Shown here: positions 1-13,969 of the stretch, piece by piece
Position numbering within the stretch: the stretch's first letter is position 1
Layout of the letters: each line of letters starts with the position of its first letter
NCBI RefSeq assembly: GCF_963921235.1
Contig: NC_086106.1
Span: 95,666,001-95,730,000 of the forward strand
Direction: 5' to 3'
Origin: Mobula hypostoma
Lineage: Eukaryota
Length of the DNA stretch: 64,000 nucleotides
Notes under the pieces: generated by a model
Databases searched by the model: none
What the model was told of the DNA's origin: nothing
What the model saw: the letters and a program-made list of their open reading frames with translations, nothing else
Translations under genes and position numbers: made by a program

Positions 1-1990
1 TGGGGATCTTAACTAGGCCAGCTTGGAAAGGTCTAAATAATTATTACCAACAAATCACTTATAGTACCTGAGGAGCCAACACACTGGATCACTATTACAC
101 CTCCATCAAGAACACTTCGTGTGCTATCCTGCACCCACACTGATCACCTGGCTGTACTTCTATTCCTTGAGTATAGGCAGAGACTGAAGTTTGCAGCACC
201 AGTAATGGGGACCAAGAAAGTATGGGCAAGGGAGGTGCAGGAGCACTTACAGGGCTTCTTCAAATCAGTGGACTGGATTATATTCAGAGATTCATCTTTG
301 AGTCAGAGTATGACTGCCATCACCTACTTCATTAAAACCTGCATGGATGAGTGTTTGCCAATGAGAATTTACTGTACATAACAAATTGAAAGCCACGGAT
401 GAACCAGGAGGTTCATAGTCTGCACAAGAAATCCAGGAACGACTTACGGAGAGCTATTTCAAGAGCTAAGGAACAATTCTAAACAGGGTTGGAGATGAAA
501 TCAGATGCATTTCAAGTATGGCAGGGTTTACAGGCCATTACTTCGTATAAAGCGAAACCTAAAACTATGAATGGCAGTGATGCTTCACTCTCAGATGAGC
601 CGAATGCCTTTTATGCTTGCTTTGAAAAGGAGCTATGTAGATCCCGGCAGCACCTGGTGACACTGTAATCTCTGTCTCAGAGGCTGTCTTTCAAAAGAGT
701 GAACAAGGAGCAAGGCGACAGACCTCGATGGAGTACCTGGTAGGACTCTGAAAACCTGTGCCAACCAATTGGCAGGGGTTGTTCAGAGGTTTTCACTCTC
801 ATTGCAACATTCAGATGTTCCCACCTGCTTCAAAAGGGTAACAATTACACCAGTACCCAAGAAGATTGAGCTGCGTTAATGACTATCATCCAGTACTCAC
901 ATCTACACCTTTCAAAGGCTGATATGGCTCAATTAACCACTGTCTCAGCAAAGACCTGGACCCACTGCTATTTGCCTATCCCCTCAATAGGTCTATGGCA
1001 GATGCTATTTCATTGGCACATCACGCAGCCTTGGATCACCTGGACAATGGAAATACCGATGTTAGAGTGCTGGTAATTGATTACAACTCAGCATTTAACA
1101 CTATGATTTCTACAATTCTGATTGGAAAAACTCCAGAACCTGGGCCTTTGCAACTGGATCTTCAACTTCCTAATTGGTGCGGATTGCAATCTGTGCGGAT
1201 TGGAAACATCTCCACCTTGCTGACAAACAATGGCACACCTCAGGAATGTGTGCTTAGGTCACTATTCTACTCTACACCCATGACTGTGTGGCTAGGCACA
1301 TCTCAAATGCCATCTATAAATTTGCTGATGATACAATCATTGTTGGCAGAATTTCAGATGGTGATGAGAGGGCATGCAAGAGAGATATATGCCAGCTAGT
1401 TGGAGCAACAACCTTGCACTCAACGTTCGTAAGATTGAAGAACTGATTATGGACTTCAGAAAAGGTAAGACAAGGGAGCGCACAGGAGTCTTCAAAGGGA
1501 CCAGAAGCAGAAAGAGTGAGCAATTTCTAGTTCCTGGGTATCTCTTGAGGATCTAACCTGAGCCTAATATATTGATGCAGCTACAAAGAAGACACAACAG
1601 TGACTATTTCATTAGAAGTTTGAGAAGATTTGGTATGTCATCAAAAACACTTGAACGTTTCTACAGATGTACCACATTCTAACGGGTTGTATCACTGTCT
1701 GGTATGTGGTGGAGGTGGGAGAGGAGTTACTCCACAGGATCAAAGAAAGCTGCTGATAGTTGTGAACTTGGTTCCATCATGAGCACTAGCCTCTGGTAAT
1801 TTCAAGGAGCGATGCCTCAAAAGATGGCATCCATCATTAAGGCCCTCTATCACCCAGGTCATGCCTTGCTCTCATTGCTATCATCGGGAAGGAGGTACAG
1901 AAGAGTGAAAGTACACTCAATGATTCAGGAGCAGCTTCTTCCCCTCTGCTGTCTGATTTCTGAATGGACATTGAACCCATCAACACTACC
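1..1990 (+). mobile_element. Degenerate Rex1/Babar-like non-LTR retrotransposon, ORF2 fragment
   Basis: Frameshifted RT motifs IDYNSAFNT, GTPQECVL, KFADD and WSNNLALNVRKIEELIMDFRK; C-terminal HPGHALLSLLSSGRRYR. Confidence 0.85.
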
Positions 1991-2479
1991 TCAAAACTTT
2001 TTAATTTTTATATTTGAAACATATTTGGCACCTGTATTTCTCTTCGTGGGTATATAGGACATGGTAGAGAGGAGTATCATAATGAGTAAATGTGCTGCTG
2101 CTCACAATGTGTGATTACAACTTTGATTTCACAGAAACTGTTGTGTTATGTAACATAATTTAAGATTTTATTTTCCTCTTAAAAATATGGCCTAATAATG
2201 CTGGATTTACAGGGAGTTCATTGAAGGAATCCTGTTTTATTTTTGTAACTATTGAAAGGTCATTGAGACACAGCACAGAAACAGGTCCTTCAGTACACTT
2301 AATTCTGCACCAAACATTTGGCATCAATTTGCTTAAGTTCTGTACTAATTCAATTTTCATTCTGCTCTAGATTCTGCTTTTGCCTCTAGGGAGGATCTAC
2401 AATTTTCATGTGAACTAATGGGCCTCTTTTGTTTTTCACCTTCCCCTGCTCTCCTCCCCCCCCCCAACCCCACCAACAA

Positions 2480-2625
2480 CGACTTTGGTTTTGGGTGGAA
2501 ATAGGGCACCCCGAGGAAACTCACGGGGTCATAGGGAGAATGTAAACTCCATGGACAACCCCAAAAATCAAGGTTGACCTTGAGTCACTGGGTCACGAGC
2601 TCTACAAGTTGTATCATTGTGCTGC
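2480..2625 (-). mobile_element. Degenerate tRNA-SINE fragment (HE1/V-SINE-like)
   Basis: gaggaaactcacggggtcatagggagaatgtaaactcc is the reverse complement of the SINE body seen at 55630-55830. Confidence 0.55.
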
Positions 2626-2849
2626 CTTTGGTGTATATTTTGACACCTTTGTTCTATACAGTAGTAGAAAGATCCTTTGTTATCCATTTGTGCCTGTAGT
2701 TGAGTTTGTAAAATTAATTTAACAAATTACCTTTGGTAAAACTTGTATTCTCCTGTATTTCTTCTGAAAAATAGGATTTTTTCCTGTAAGTGAAGTGTTG
2801 AATATTTAATTTGGGATGTATAATTTTAATAATTTATTATTTACTGTAG

Positions 2850-2958
2850 GCAAGAAGAAGAACGTAGAAGACGTGAAGAAGAAATTTTGCTGCGTCAGCG
2901 TGAGAAAGAAGAAATGATGCGAAGACAACAGGAAGGCTTTAGAGGAAACTTTGAAAAT
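2850..2958 (+). CDS. nono: DBHS protein (likely NONO) coiled-coil exon: (R)QEEERRRREEEILLRQREKEEMMRRQQEGFRGNFEN
   Basis: ttactgtag acceptor and gtaaga donor, phase 2 to phase 0; peptide matches the NONO/SFPQ RQEEERRRREEE...EEMMRRQQEGF segment. Confidence 0.92.
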
Positions 2959-3182
2959 GTAAGAGCTAAAGTGAATTAATAAGTGACATTTAAAACACTA
3001 TCAAAGTTATCACACCACTTTGCCAATCATTTTTGCTGTAAGCTATGCTGTGTTGATTTTTCAGACTATTGATTGTGGTAGAGAAAGGAGGGTTGAGGGT
3101 TTTTTTTATAACTCCAGTCCTTTTTCTCTAGTTATTGAGCTGTACATTGACATGATAATAAAAATAATTGCCTGATCACATA

Positions 3183-4835
3183 CAGTGGTGCTAGAAATTT
3201 TGCGAACCATGTAGAATTTTCTGTATTTCTGCAAAGATATGAGCTAAAATGTGATCAGATCTTCACGCAAGCCTTAAAACTAGATAAAGAGAACACAAAA
3301 ACATTATACTTGTTTGTTTATTTATTGAGAAAATAATCCAGTATTACATGTATTTGTTGGAAAAAGTATGTGAATCTCTGGGGTAATGCCTTTACAAATA
3401 TGTTTGGAGTCAGGTGTTCCAATCAATGAGATGAGATCAGAGGTGTGGGTTACAGAGCATAAAAAAGACAAAGGCAGGTTACTGACAGGGCCAGATGTTT
3501 GCAAAGATCTGTTTATATGCACCATTCTTCCATCAAAACAACTCTCAGAAGTATTGTAGGGATGTATGAAGCTGGAAAAGGCTACAAAAGCATTTCTAAA
3601 GACCTGAGTGTTCATCAGTCCACAGTAAGAGAAATCGTCTACAAATGGAGGAAACTGAGTATTGTTGCTACTGTCCCTTGGAATGGGCATCCTGTAAAGA
3701 TCACATCAATAGCACAATGTACAATGTTGAAGGAGGTGTAAAAAGAACCCAAAGATAACAGCAAAAATCCTGCAGAAATCTCTAGAAACTTGCTAAAGTC
3801 TTTGTTAATGTGTCCACTATAAGAAAAACACTGATCAAGATTGGTGTTCATGGAAGGTCATCACAGAGGAAACCACTGCTTGGCAAAAAAAAAACTGCAC
3901 GTCTCAAGTTTGCAGAAGGCCACCTGAATGTTTTGCCATGCTTCTGGGACAATGTTCTATGGACAGATGAGACAAAAATTGAACTTCTTGGCAGAAATGC
4001 ACTCTGTTTGGATGCACACCAACACTACAACCTCTTCCCAACTGTGAAGCATGGTGAAAGGAGCATCATATTTTGAGCAAACAACAGGAATTCTGCAGAT
4101 GCTGGAAATTCAAGCAACACCCATCAAAGTTGCTGGTGAACGCAGCAGGCCAGGCAGCATCTGTAGGAAGAGGTGCAGTCGACGTTTCAGGCCGAGACTC
4201 TGTAGGAAGAGGTGCATATTTTGAGGCTGCTTTGCTGCCTCGGGGCCTGGACAGTTTGCAATTGTTGAGGGAACAATGAATTCAAAATTGTATCAAGACA
4301 TTTTACAGGAGAATGTCAAAGTAGCAGTCCATCACCTGAAGCTTAATTGAAGTTGTATAATGCAACAAGACAATGATATGAAAGACTAGAATAAATCAAC
4401 AATAGAATGTTTTAAAAAGAAAATTCATGTTTTGGAATGGCCGAGTCAAAGTCCTGACTTTAGTCCTATAAACATGTTGTGGAAGGACCTAAAGCAAACA
4501 GTTCATGCAAGAAAGCCTACCAATATCCTAGGGTTGAAATAGTTTTGTAAGGAGGAATGACCTAAAAGTCCCCCAATCCAATGTGCAGTCGTGATAAGCA
4601 GTTAACAGAAACGTTTGGTTGAAGGTATTACTATACTGGGGGTTGGGGCGGGGGGTCACATCAGTTGCTGAAAGCAGTTACTGAATGAACAAGTATAATG
4701 TTATAAGTTATTTATTTAATTGGGTTCTCTTTATCCAGTTTTTGGACTTGCGTGAAGATCTGATCAGATTTTAGGTCCTATTTATGCAGAAATTGGGGAA
4801 ATTCTACAGGATTCACAAACTTTCTAGCATCACTG
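3183..4835 (+). mobile_element. Tc1-family DNA transposon, full length but degenerate
   Basis: TA-flanked long TIRs cagtggtgctagaaa...tttctagcatcactg; transposase pieces GYKSISKDLSVHQSTVREIVYKWRK, VLWTDETKIEL, TVKHGE, EWPSQSPD. Confidence 0.93.
4078..4214 (-). mobile_element. Penelope-like terminal repeat fragment inserted in the Tc1 element
   Basis: 11-bp TSD catattttgag (4067-4077 and 4215-4225); same repeat as 8871-9081 and 53683-53810. Confidence 0.8.
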
Positions 4836-5559
4836 TACTTGTCTGTGCAATAACGTTATTTTTGAGATGTGGATTGCTATCATCGGAAAAGACCCTGCAG
4901 GTAAATGTACATTGTGTCTTATTAACTGAACAATCTTATATTGCCTTTTTACAGTCATGGTTTTTCATCAAGGTTTGGAATACTGGTATGAATTCAGTGT
5001 TGCATTGCATTTTAGCACTTCAGCAGTAACCAAGGAAACTGCACATCAACACACGAGACTGCTTAATGTTCAAAAACACAAAGATTGAAGACACAGTGAA
5101 TTTTTGAGATAACCTGAGGATTGCATGCTGAATGTTGATGTATATCTTTGTCATAGCTTGATATTTAATTAGGCAGTTGTGGTTGATTATGATTATATTG
5201 GACAGTGAGATTCTACTATCTGCCCATTATGTAAAAATTTATTTTGAAAGACAGCTGTCAACAGTTCTGACTAGGATTGCCCTAAATCTATATAAGGCTA
5301 CAGACAATTCCAACTAAAGAATGACTTTTCAAACCTGATTTCATCCCTGATGCATGTTTACTCAATATGGTTACTAGTCTAGAGTATGAAGCTATTAGAC
5401 ATGCGTGTTTCAGAAATGCTCTTCAGGAGAAATCTGACATGTTTGGTTTAGGCTGTAAATGATTCTATTCCTTAAGAATGGTCAACTCTTAAATGGCTTC
5501 TGAAGTGGTTAGTAAATCATTCAATTTTATCATTACTATTGCATTCATACTGAGTAGGA

Positions 5560-7100
5560 GTATGGTGGATGGACTTCTTGGTGTTGTAACATAGTTCTGT
5601 GTCTACATCTGGACATTGGTGTCTAAACTGGGAGAACTGTCCACAGCTAGGTAGTAGTCTGACATAGTCGTATACACATTATTACAGAATGCATGGGAGA
5701 CCTCTCCATGACGTCTCAAAAATTTCGGCACAGACAACCACCAGATGTATTACAGTGCTATATAATCAATGGGGGGGGGGGCTGAATTATCCAGGTCCCA
5801 TCGAAACTCATGGCAAACATGAGAACCAATGCCTCATTACCATTGAGCAACACTTTGAAGAAGCAATGAATATAGCAAAAGTCCAAACTATGCTTTGGGT
5901 GGAAAAGCAGGTGGCTTATAGCAGATTAATAGATCGAACTGTCTCAGTGCTAAAGGATGTAGCTACCAGATGATTGTGGTAGGGAGTGAGTGAACCAACC
6001 AAATGGATAGTCCTACTTGACATCATTCTTGTCTACCTTATAGCTGATAAGTCTGTTCATGATAGCTTCGTTCTAAGTGACCATTCCGCAGTCTGATCTT
6101 CATACTGAGGATGCCATCTGAGTACCACTAAAATTATGCAATTGGATAAATAGAAGCAGATCAGAATAGCGCATCCATGTGGGGCTTGTCCATCAACAGC
6201 AACAGAACTTGACTTTGTGACTTGGCGTATTCCTTACTCTAATGGTCATTAGTGTCAAGCCTAGTTCAACAAGGGATTCAGGGAGGCATAACTGTGCATA
6301 TATACCATGCATACTTAGAAATGGCAGCCCAGGGAAGTAGTAATATGGGCAGAATTGCCTTCTGTGGCCCTGTATTCGGTAAGGTATGCAGTCTCACAGA
6401 TAGTACATCAGTTTGAACCTCTGGACAATGGAAAGAGGAGGCTGCAGGTATTTTGACATTCTTACTGAAACCTGTTAAGCCAAAGGTGCATAATTAGATC
6501 CATTTTATCTTCCATTTGAGTTGCATGCCATTGCAAGCCAGTGTATTTGGCAAAGGCAATGGGGATGCACAGCATCAGATGCATTCCAGAACTAGCTATC
6601 TGTTAGAACATAGTTCCAACAGTGGCATTGCTTTGTCAACGGAAGATTAATCAGGTGTATTTTGCTCTCAAAATCCACGACATTTCCTATGCAGTCAGTC
6701 ACCATGCGGGTAGTCTGCTCTCAAATCATCAGCCAGGTAATGGACTCAGTCAACCATAGTGCTATCAGGCAGCACTTTCCAATAACCTGCTCACCAATGG
6801 CCAGTTTGGGTTTTGTCAAGACTTCCCAGTTCCATAACTCATCAGAAAGGCCAAAAAATTGAACTTCAGATGATGAGAGAGTACTTGCCCCTGATATCAA
6901 AGAAGCATCATAATACACTCGTAAAAATTTAAATCAATAGGTATCAAAAGGATTGTGGTAGTCGGAGGTTAATTTCCTTAGTCCCAGTGCATCATTCCAA
7001 GTGTCTTTCATCACTTCATTTATTACTTTTCTTTCACCATGAGGTTAAAGTGCAATCAGCACACTTCCCCAGTGTTCAGTTCCATTGAACAATGAACCCA
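5560..7100 (+). mobile_element. Old, heavily degraded non-LTR retrotransposon (CR1/L2 group)
   Basis: Residual RT-like stretches (..NNLLT..QFGF.., ..LDIK.A..); a related remnant lies at 13970-14540. Confidence 0.5.
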
Positions 7101-8281
7101 GAAACCTCAAGAACCCTGAAAGGGAAAAATAGAGATAATAAAGAAGGAAATAGAGCTGTTTCTGAAGATGCAAGCAAAGGAATTGCCGTTAGGCGCCATT
7201 GTCTCCTCCTAAGCTGCTCCTCTGAAGCAGCTTCTTAGAGAAATCTACAGAGCATTCAGTTCGTAACACTCATGCCATAATAATTTCTAATGAGAGACTT
7301 GAATTGTCTGGGGTTTTTGTTTATAATGGCATTACTATTGCAGAGTCCCCCATCAACCAAATGCTTGCCATTGGAAACACAGCTACACCATTCATGTCAA
7401 TATCAAGGCCACAAAAACTTTCAGAGACTGATTCCTCTAGGAGTGACTTACCTTTTGACACTATATTACAATGCACAAGTGAGAAATATAGTGGAGTACG
7501 AGTTCAGTACTAACGTTGTGGAGCTTGATATTTAAGCATAAAGTGATTTGCTTGATCAACATCCCAAACTGTTCCAAAATGTACTATACTTATTCAGTCG
7601 GGATACACCAAAAATACCTGCTGCAGAAATTATAGCAGCATTTACTTTCAAGTAGAACATTGTTCTGATTTTAGAAATAACCCGTTGTTTATTGTTACTG
7701 AGTCTTGTACAACAGCTGTATGGAAGAACAAATTACTTGGTCTGCAGTCTTAGATTTGGCTTACAATCAACTTGAAGGCATTAGTACCAGTCATAAGATT
7801 CTGGACTTAGCAATGCAATCCTGATTTTAAAAAAAAATCTATATATTAGATAAATTTATTTGTGAAGCCTTGAATTAAATCTGAGACTCTCAACTTATGT
7901 GTATTTTCACACACTACTTTGCTCTTTTTGAACTGTGGTGGTTGTTCAAGTAATGTCTAAATTGGATTTATGTAGCATTCTTTGATCTTTAATCTTCAAG
8001 ATTTGCTTTTGGAGACTCAGAGCTGATGTTAGCTAGCCAATTGAAGCACCTTTTATGACATCTTCACAGGGAAACAGCATTTTTTTCCTGCCGTTAAGTC
8101 CATGTGATCGGCTAAACTGCATTCCTTGTCACCTCTTTCCAAATGATTTTTAATGCACACCATCAAGGCCCTGATTTTGTTTTATAGCTACTTTTGAGAT
8201 TTTGGATAAGTGTAAGTGTTTTTAGAAATGAAGCAAAGGGCATGACATGACTTGTTATTGTGAATGTTATATTTTTTGTAG

Positions 8282-8336
8282 AGAGAGAACATGAGAATGG
8301 AGGAAATGGCGCAACGTACTGGAATGGCCATGCCAG
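8282..8336 (+). CDS. nono: DBHS/NONO short exon: RENMRMEEMAQRTGMAMP
   Basis: attttttgtag acceptor, cag|gtgaga donor, 55 nt, phase 0 to phase 1; equivalent to the RE-x-RM short exon of NONO/PSPC1/SFPQ. Confidence 0.88.
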
Positions 8337-8870
8337 GTGAGATTTATAAAAGCAGTATTAATGAAAGCAGTATTATTGTGGTGAAGCATATACTAATTTT
8401 ATGTATGAAGGGTTTACTGAGTTGAAAGTAAAATAACTTCCAGTCCGGCGAGCTGCAATCATCACGAGCAGTTGCTTGTTTGGCTGAGGTGGTGCATGAT
8501 TTAAAAAGAGCTCAGGGCCTTTGAGGACCTCTTGTTGGGCTGAAATTATAATGATCTATTCAGCACCAGGCAAAGCTAATTTTTTTTTAAAAAGCAATGT
8601 TTAAGCTGAGCAGCTTAAGTGGACAGTGTTAGAGTGGTCAGGCTTTGGCTCAAGAGGCCTAGGTGAGAAGAGGGCAAAGACCAAGTTTCTAGTAAGTGTT
8701 TTTCCTCTTTATTTATCTAGTAAATAGCTAGTTCTTCATGTGAGATGTGGGAACTCTGAGAGACTTCCAGTCAGGAGATTGTGAAGGTGAAAGACACACC
8801 CAGATGGTATGTTGCCTCCCAGGTTCCAGGGTCAGCGTGTCTTGGATGGAGTCACAGCATTCTAAAGGAG

Positions 8871-9081
8871 GCAACACACATCAAAGTTGCTGGTGAACGC
8901 AGCAGGCCAGGCAGCAACTCTAGGAAGAGGTACAGTCGTCAGGACGAAGGGTCTCGGCCTGAAACGTCGACTGTACCTCTTCCTAGAGATCTAGAGATGC
9001 TGCCTGGCCTGCTGTGTTCACCAGCAACTTTGATGTGTGTTGCTTGAATTTCCAGCATCTGCAGAATTCCTTGTGTTTGCG
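8871..9081. mobile_element. Penelope-derived fold-back insertion centred on a broken hammerhead ribozyme
   Basis: Inverted arms 8871-8938 and 8968-9043; loop contains gacga-agggtctcggcct-gaaac-gtc; TSD attctaaaggagg (8859-8871 and 9082-9094). Confidence 0.8.
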
Positions 9082-10390
9082 ATTCTAAAGGAGGAGAGTG
9101 AGCAACTGAAAGTCATGGTACATACTAGTACCAACGACATAGGAAAGGGAAGAGATCCTCGAAGACAGAATATAGGGAGTTAGGTGAAAAGCTGAAAAGT
9201 GGGATCTCCATTGTAGTACGCTGTGGATTGCTGCCTGTACCATGCGCCATGAGGGTAAAAATAGGATCATCTGGCAGATGAATGAGTGGCTGAGGAATTG
9301 GTTGTGGATCATTGGGAATTCAGAATTTTTTCAGAGGAAGATGTCACCTGTGCAAAAAGAGGGATAGCACCTGACCCTGAGGACTAATATCCTTACGGAC
9401 AGATTTGCTAGAGCTGTTCAGGAGGGTTTAAATCAATTTGGCAGGAGGATGGAGTAGTTGATATTGAATTAGATGCAGTGTGTAGTGAGTCTGTGAGCAA
9501 GGACAGACAAATGATACTGCAAAATTGCAGTCAATGGGATTAGTTGAAGTGTAACATGAGGCCAAAATCGAATGGGGCGATGAATACATTACTGAAGGTG
9601 CTGCATTTAAATGCAGTATATGGAATAAGGATGACCTTGTACCGCAGTTACAGAAAGGCAGGTATTTCGCTATGGGCATCACTGAGTGGTGGCTGAAAGA
9701 TCATTGTTGGGAGCTTAACATCCAAGGATATACCTTGTATTCAAAAGATAGGCAGGTAGATAGAGTGAATGGCTGGCTCTTTTGATTAAAAAATGAAATT
9801 AAATCTTTAGAAAGAGGTGTCATTGGATTGGAAGATGTAGAATCCTTATTGATAGAGTTAAGAAACTGCAGGGTAAAAAGATCCTGACTGGAGCTATATA
9901 CAAGCCTCCAAGCAGTACCTAGGATGTAGAATGCAATCTACGATAAGGGATGGAAAAGGCACATAAAATGAGCAGTGTTGTGATAGTCATGGGGGATTTT
10001 AATTAAGAGAGGGAGTTTGTTGAATGCCTATAAGATTGCTTTTGGTTGAGCCCGCTAGGAGAAAGGCTGATTGTGGTTGGGAGTTGTGTCATGAACCTGA
10101 TTTTGATTATGGAGGTTAAAACAAAGGGCCCCTTAGGAGGCAGTGATCATAATATGACAGAATTTGCAGTGCATTTTGAGAGGTGTCAGACGTATTGATA
10201 TTACAGTGGAGTAAAGGGAATTAGAAACAGCTGGCCAAAGTTGATTGGAGTCCATTATTAAGGATGAAGTTTGCCTGACAAAACTTCTGGAATTCTTTGA
10301 GGTGAGGAAATAGCCGGCAGGATAGACAAAGGAGAGTCAGTGGATGTTTACTTGGATTATCAGAATGCCTTTGATAACTAAGGTGGTGCA

Positions 10391-11992
10391 AAGGATTGAT
10401 GGCCCAATTGGAAAAGTTTAAAAACAGCTGGATTAATCTTACATTAGAAGTATGGCAGAAGGTGGTTAGTTCATGTGGAATCAATAACATGTTAAAACTT
10501 TTCAGATAGTGTGCATATGATACTGAATTCCTTCCCAACAGAGGAGATAAAAGATTTGAACTATGGATAAAGAAAGGTCTTACAACCTACCTCTCATTTA
10601 TACATAAAAGAGTATTACAAAGTTTCCAATTTCCGCAGGACAAACATGGCCTAGAACACAATGACCTTTTTGGGTACCTTCAAGTACGACACTATGTTAA
10701 CCAGAGTTGTAGATATACAGACTTATCAACAGTAGAATTAGAATTTTTCAAGATTATGAATTCGGCCTACAGTTCAATACCAAGTAAATCAGTTTCTCGA
10801 TTATATAATGCACTCTCCCATGCTAAAAATGTAAACACATTGTATATTAAAGAGAAGTGGGAGAAAGAAGCGAGGTTGGTACTTTCAGAGGAGACTTGGG
10901 AGAAAATATGCAGTTTTCAGTGGTCTTCGACTAACTCTTTGACTTGGAGAGAACATTGTTGGAAAAATATTATAAGATACTTCAAGATCCCATATCAAGA
11001 AAAATATAAAGACACAAACTTGACGTGTTGGAGAAGGTGTGGCTCCAAGGAGGCAAATCATTTCCATATTTTCTAGGATTGCCCTAAATTAAGTTTATAT
11101 TGGAAAGGTATTCATAGAACATTAGTTAAGGTACTTAAGACCCAGGTACCTCTGAACTTTGAGATGCTGTATTTAGGGCATGTATTGTTTTTTGAACAGA
11201 AGAAAGATATAAAGTTGCTGCAGGCCCTTTTAAGAAATCAATCACTAGAAAGTGGCTAAATCCAATACCACCTAATTTGGCACGAAATTATCTTGGAAAT
11301 ATTTAAAATGGAAAAGCTGACTTACTCTCTGAGAATTCAAAAAGAAAAATTTTATCAAATTTGGAATAAATGGGTTGAATATATAACCCCAAAGCGAGCA
11401 GACTTTAGATGACTCTCCTAATGATTTATACTGCTCAACTCATCAATACAGTAATATTGCTAATGTAAGCACCCTTGGTCCAAATGTTTACTGTTTTTTT
11501 CCTTTTTTTTGGAAAATAGTGAATTAACGCAAGTAAAGGATTTGGGAAAAGAAAAAAATGATAAGATTAAGTAAATAAGTACATAGGGATTGGATAATTA
11601 TGTTTAGGGGTAGGAGCAAACATGAACGAGTTAGGATATAAACACCTACAGTGGTATTACATAGGCTTACATACAATATTTTGGACCAGAAAGAAATGGT
11701 CCAGAAGAGATATATGGAAATTATTATTAATCCACTATCACTACTATTTTTCTTAACAACTAATGTCATTACTTAGCCTAATAGAGTAGAATTACAACTG
11801 CACATAATTATCTATTTAAGTGCCTAATTAATTTTTATATCATCTCGATGTGTACTTAGGAATGTATAAATAATTATAGATTTATACATATATTAAAAAA
11901 AAGGAAAAGGTTATACATGTGAAAAAAGTTCATGTTACTTGCGAATTCCTTATCCAAATAAAAGTAAAAAATTAAAAAAAGAAAAAAAAAGG
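10391..11992 (+). mobile_element. 5'-truncated L1-clade LINE: ORF2 C-terminus, 3'UTR and poly(A)
   Basis: Zinc knuckle CWRRCGSKEANHFHIFxDCPKL; A-rich tail; 16-bp TSD taactaaggtggtgca (10375-10390 and 11993-12008). Confidence 0.9.
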
Positions 11993-13969
11993 TAACTAAG
12001 GTGGTGCACATGAGACTGCGTAACAAGATAAGAGCCCATGGCATTAACAAGAAAAATGCTAGCATAGATAGAAGATTGGCTGACTGGCAGGAGTAGGAAT
12101 AAAAGGGTGGTTCACTGGTTAGCTGCTGCAGACTAGTGGGGTTCCACAGAGGTCGATGTTGGGATCCCTTTTTTTCATATTATATGTCAGTGATTTGGAT
12201 GATAGAATTGATGGCTTAGTGGCCAAGTTTGTGGGCAATACAAGGATAGATAGTAAGGCAGGTAGTGTTGAGGAAGCACTTAGTCTGCAGAAGGCCTTTG
12301 ATTAGTCGGGTGGACAGCAAAGTAGCAGATAAAATCGTGTAGGGAAGTGTGTGGTCATGCACTTTTAGGTAGAAGAAATAAAGGCCTAAATCAGAGGTGC
12401 AGAGGGTCTTGGGAGTCCTTATGCAGGATTCCTTCATGGTTAACTTGCAGATTGAGTCAGTGCTAGAGAAGGCAAATGCAATTTTAACATTCATTTCAAG
12501 AGGACTAGAATTTAAGAGGAACGATGTAATACTCAGGCAGCACTTGGAGTATTGTGAGCAGTTTTGGGGCCTTTTTCTAAAATGTGTTGACAATGGAGAG
12601 GGACCGGAGGAGGTTCATGGTTATGATTCTGGGAATGAAAATATTAATGCATGAGGAGTGTTCGATGGCTCTGAGCTTGTATTCGCTGGAGTGTGGAAGA
12701 ATGGCGGGGGGGCGGTGGGGGTCTTCATTGGAATTCATTGGAAATGGAAACGCCTAGATAGAGTGGTTGTGAGTGGAGGACCAGAGAGCACTGGAGGGAC
12801 ATCTGTTTAGTACAGAGATGAGGAATTTGTTTTAGCCAGAGGCCAATAATTTTGCAGAATTCATTGCCACAGACAGTGGTGGAGGCCAAGTTGTGTATAT
12901 TCAATGATGGAACAGACTTGATTGGCTGGTCCAATTCTGTTCCATGTCTTCTGCCTTTTGATTTTTATAATAAAAATAGCTTTGTTTCATCTCTTCAAAA
13001 TTGTCTTGTAGATAATTTTTTTTTAAACTCTCCAGTTGCAGCGATATAATTGCATTGATTTAGGGATCCACTAGTGGTGCTTGCAGTTGACTGGAGCTGT
13101 TCACCAGATTCTATTGTCTATTTCACCTTTTTCAATGTTTATTTCTTTTTGGGCATCAATTATAGGGGATCTTTTGTGGCTAAAATCAGTGAAGCTATAA
13201 GCTGGTGAATAGAATTGGTTATAACTAGAGAAATGGCGCAGAAATAGCTCTTTGGGCTCTCGCCGACCAATTGTCATTCATTTACACTAATCCCTTTTGT
13301 AATTCTTACCACATTTCTGCCTCCAACTGTAACTGGCACCTGAAGTCAGGATTGAGCTGGCAACAGCTCAACTAGACTGTCAGTATGCTACTCATTATCA
13401 GATGAAGTTTCTTTAAAAAAAACTTTTGAATTTTAAATTGGATTACCAGGTGGAAACTAAGATGTTAAATAATTTGTAACATAATATTTATGAACGAATT
13501 GCCATCAGCGTAAATTAAGTGTTAAGCTGCAGTAAAGGTGATTACTGAAGCAGCATGTCATTAACAAGCTTGCTTTCATCCTATGCAACAAAATATTCTG
13601 AAGTACATTCATAATTACGTGAAAATGTAATTTCACTGATTCCTAAAATTATACTGGAGGAAGTTGCAGAGCAGTTAATGATAATCATTGACAACTGTTT
13701 TGTCTTTTTTTCATGTGTGTATTCTAGAAATTGTCATTACAACTGCAATGTCCAAATAACTTATTTTTGTCTATGCCTTTTTATAAACATATTAGATTGG
13801 ATTCAGTGATGATTTACTTTTGTTCTTGCTCGCAAAGTTGAGACCTCATGGTTTTAAATCTATTTTGCTAGACCATTTATTTTAAAAGAAAACAAATTTT
13901 CTTGGACTGGCTAAAAGTAATACTGCAGTTCTTAACTGTGAGTTTACTGTCTCTACTATTGAGGCATTC

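Larger units (their letters stand above)
8430..12950 (+). mobile_element. Degenerate CR1 LINE (ORF1 esterase, endonuclease, RT) interrupted by two younger insertions
   Basis: Remnants of the VMVHxxTND, VMGDFN, AFDKV and GVPQ motifs; sequence resumes across the inserts; boundaries approximate. Confidence 0.8.
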
